In this document: positions 63,696-64,000 of the stretch, piece by piece | Layout of the letters: each line of letters opens with the position of its first letter | How positions within the stretch are numbered: position 1 is the stretch's first letter | Virus record (IMG/VR): IMGVR_UViG_3300037462_000828 | Span: 32,001 to 96,000 of that record | Strand: one strand, 5' to 3' | Source of the DNA: a virus | DNA: 64,000 bases | Notes under the pieces: generated by a model | The model's database searches: none | What the model was told of the DNA's origin: nothing | What the model saw: only the letters and a program-made list of their open reading frames with translations | Translations under genes and position numbers: made by a program

Positions 63696-63816
63696 CTAAC
63701 CCAAAAAAAGAGAAGGCCCGGGCGCTCGCCGCCCGGCCGCCCTCCCGGCGCCCCGATCGACGGGTAGCGAACCCGGGGGCACGGGCGGCCGGGCGGTGGC
63801 CCGGGCTGTTGCTGCG

Positions 63817-63843
63817 CTTAACCGCCGCCCGGCTCCGGACGTT
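63817..63843 (+). promoter_or_regulatory. class C promoter motif (variant)
   Basis: CTTAA-N16-GACGTT, ATG 9 nt later. Confidence 0.6.
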
Positions 63844-63852
63844 CCCCCGCGC

Positions 63853-64000
63853 ATGAGAAAGAGCGCGCAAGAAAGATTTTGGCCAAAGGTCGATCGGTCT
63901 GGCGGCCCGGATGCCTGCTGGCCCTGGCGCGCCACCGCGACCGACGACGGCTACGGTCTCTTCTGGGACGGCCGCCGCATGGCCAAGGCGCACCGGTTCG
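63853..64000 (+). CDS. HNH homing endonuclease (partial)
   Basis: MRKSAQERFWPKVDRSGGPDACWPW...DGYGLFW...AHR. Confidence 0.85.
   Translation, partial: MRKSAQERFWPKVDRSGGPDACWPWRATATDDGYGLFWDGRRMAKAHRF

Noticed and set aside
63108-63700. tmRNA or RNase P RNA
   Set aside because: The acceptor stem closes locally with no tag ORF, and the GAGGAAAGTCC/P4 motifs are absent
1-64000. Apparent preference for GAACTC over GAGCTC (restriction-site avoidance)
   Set aside because: Impression only; GAGCTC does occur and k-mer statistics could not be computed

Overview
A very GC-rich (roughly 75% by eye), gene-dense 64 kb segment of a large dsDNA phage or prophage genome. It covers the early/host-takeover, nucleotide-metabolism, replication and regulatory modules; no capsid, terminase or tail genes are recognisable. 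Genes run on the minus strand from 1 to about 21,240 and on the plus strand from about 21,430 onward (one small exception at 58.5-58.8 kb), diverging from a back-to-back promoter pair. Recognisable products: NadD-like nucleotidyltransferase, dNMP kinase, Dam-type methylase, RusA, four HNH endonucleases, DUF488, Gp37/Gp68 (DUF5131), MazG-like and YspA/SLOG proteins, a replication initiator with a probable internal origin, DnaB with an Ala1 (class 3) LAGLIDADG intein, ThyX, an HD hydrolase, AlkB, a PAPS-reductase-family protein, a Mom-like/GNAT protein, an HTH-sigma70 fusion, a serine recombinase and an AAA ATPase. The NadD and DnaB sequences look myxobacterial (Polyangiaceae-like), which is an inference. 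The most notable unexplained structure is non-coding. (A) Seven structured intergenic hairpin repeats separate small early genes. (B) Eight sigma70-type promoters each carry a TACGNC-N5-GNCGTA dyad operator. (C) About 19 copies of a novel CTWAN-N15/16-GCCGTW promoter occur on both strands and may be read by the phage's own sigma factor. (D) A ~780 nt ORF-poor region at 63.1-63.8 kb has nested long-range helices and ends in a tRNA-like cloverleaf, making it a candidate new large ncRNA. An HNH gene also appears to have captured the start of thyX and rebuilt a recoded copy of it.
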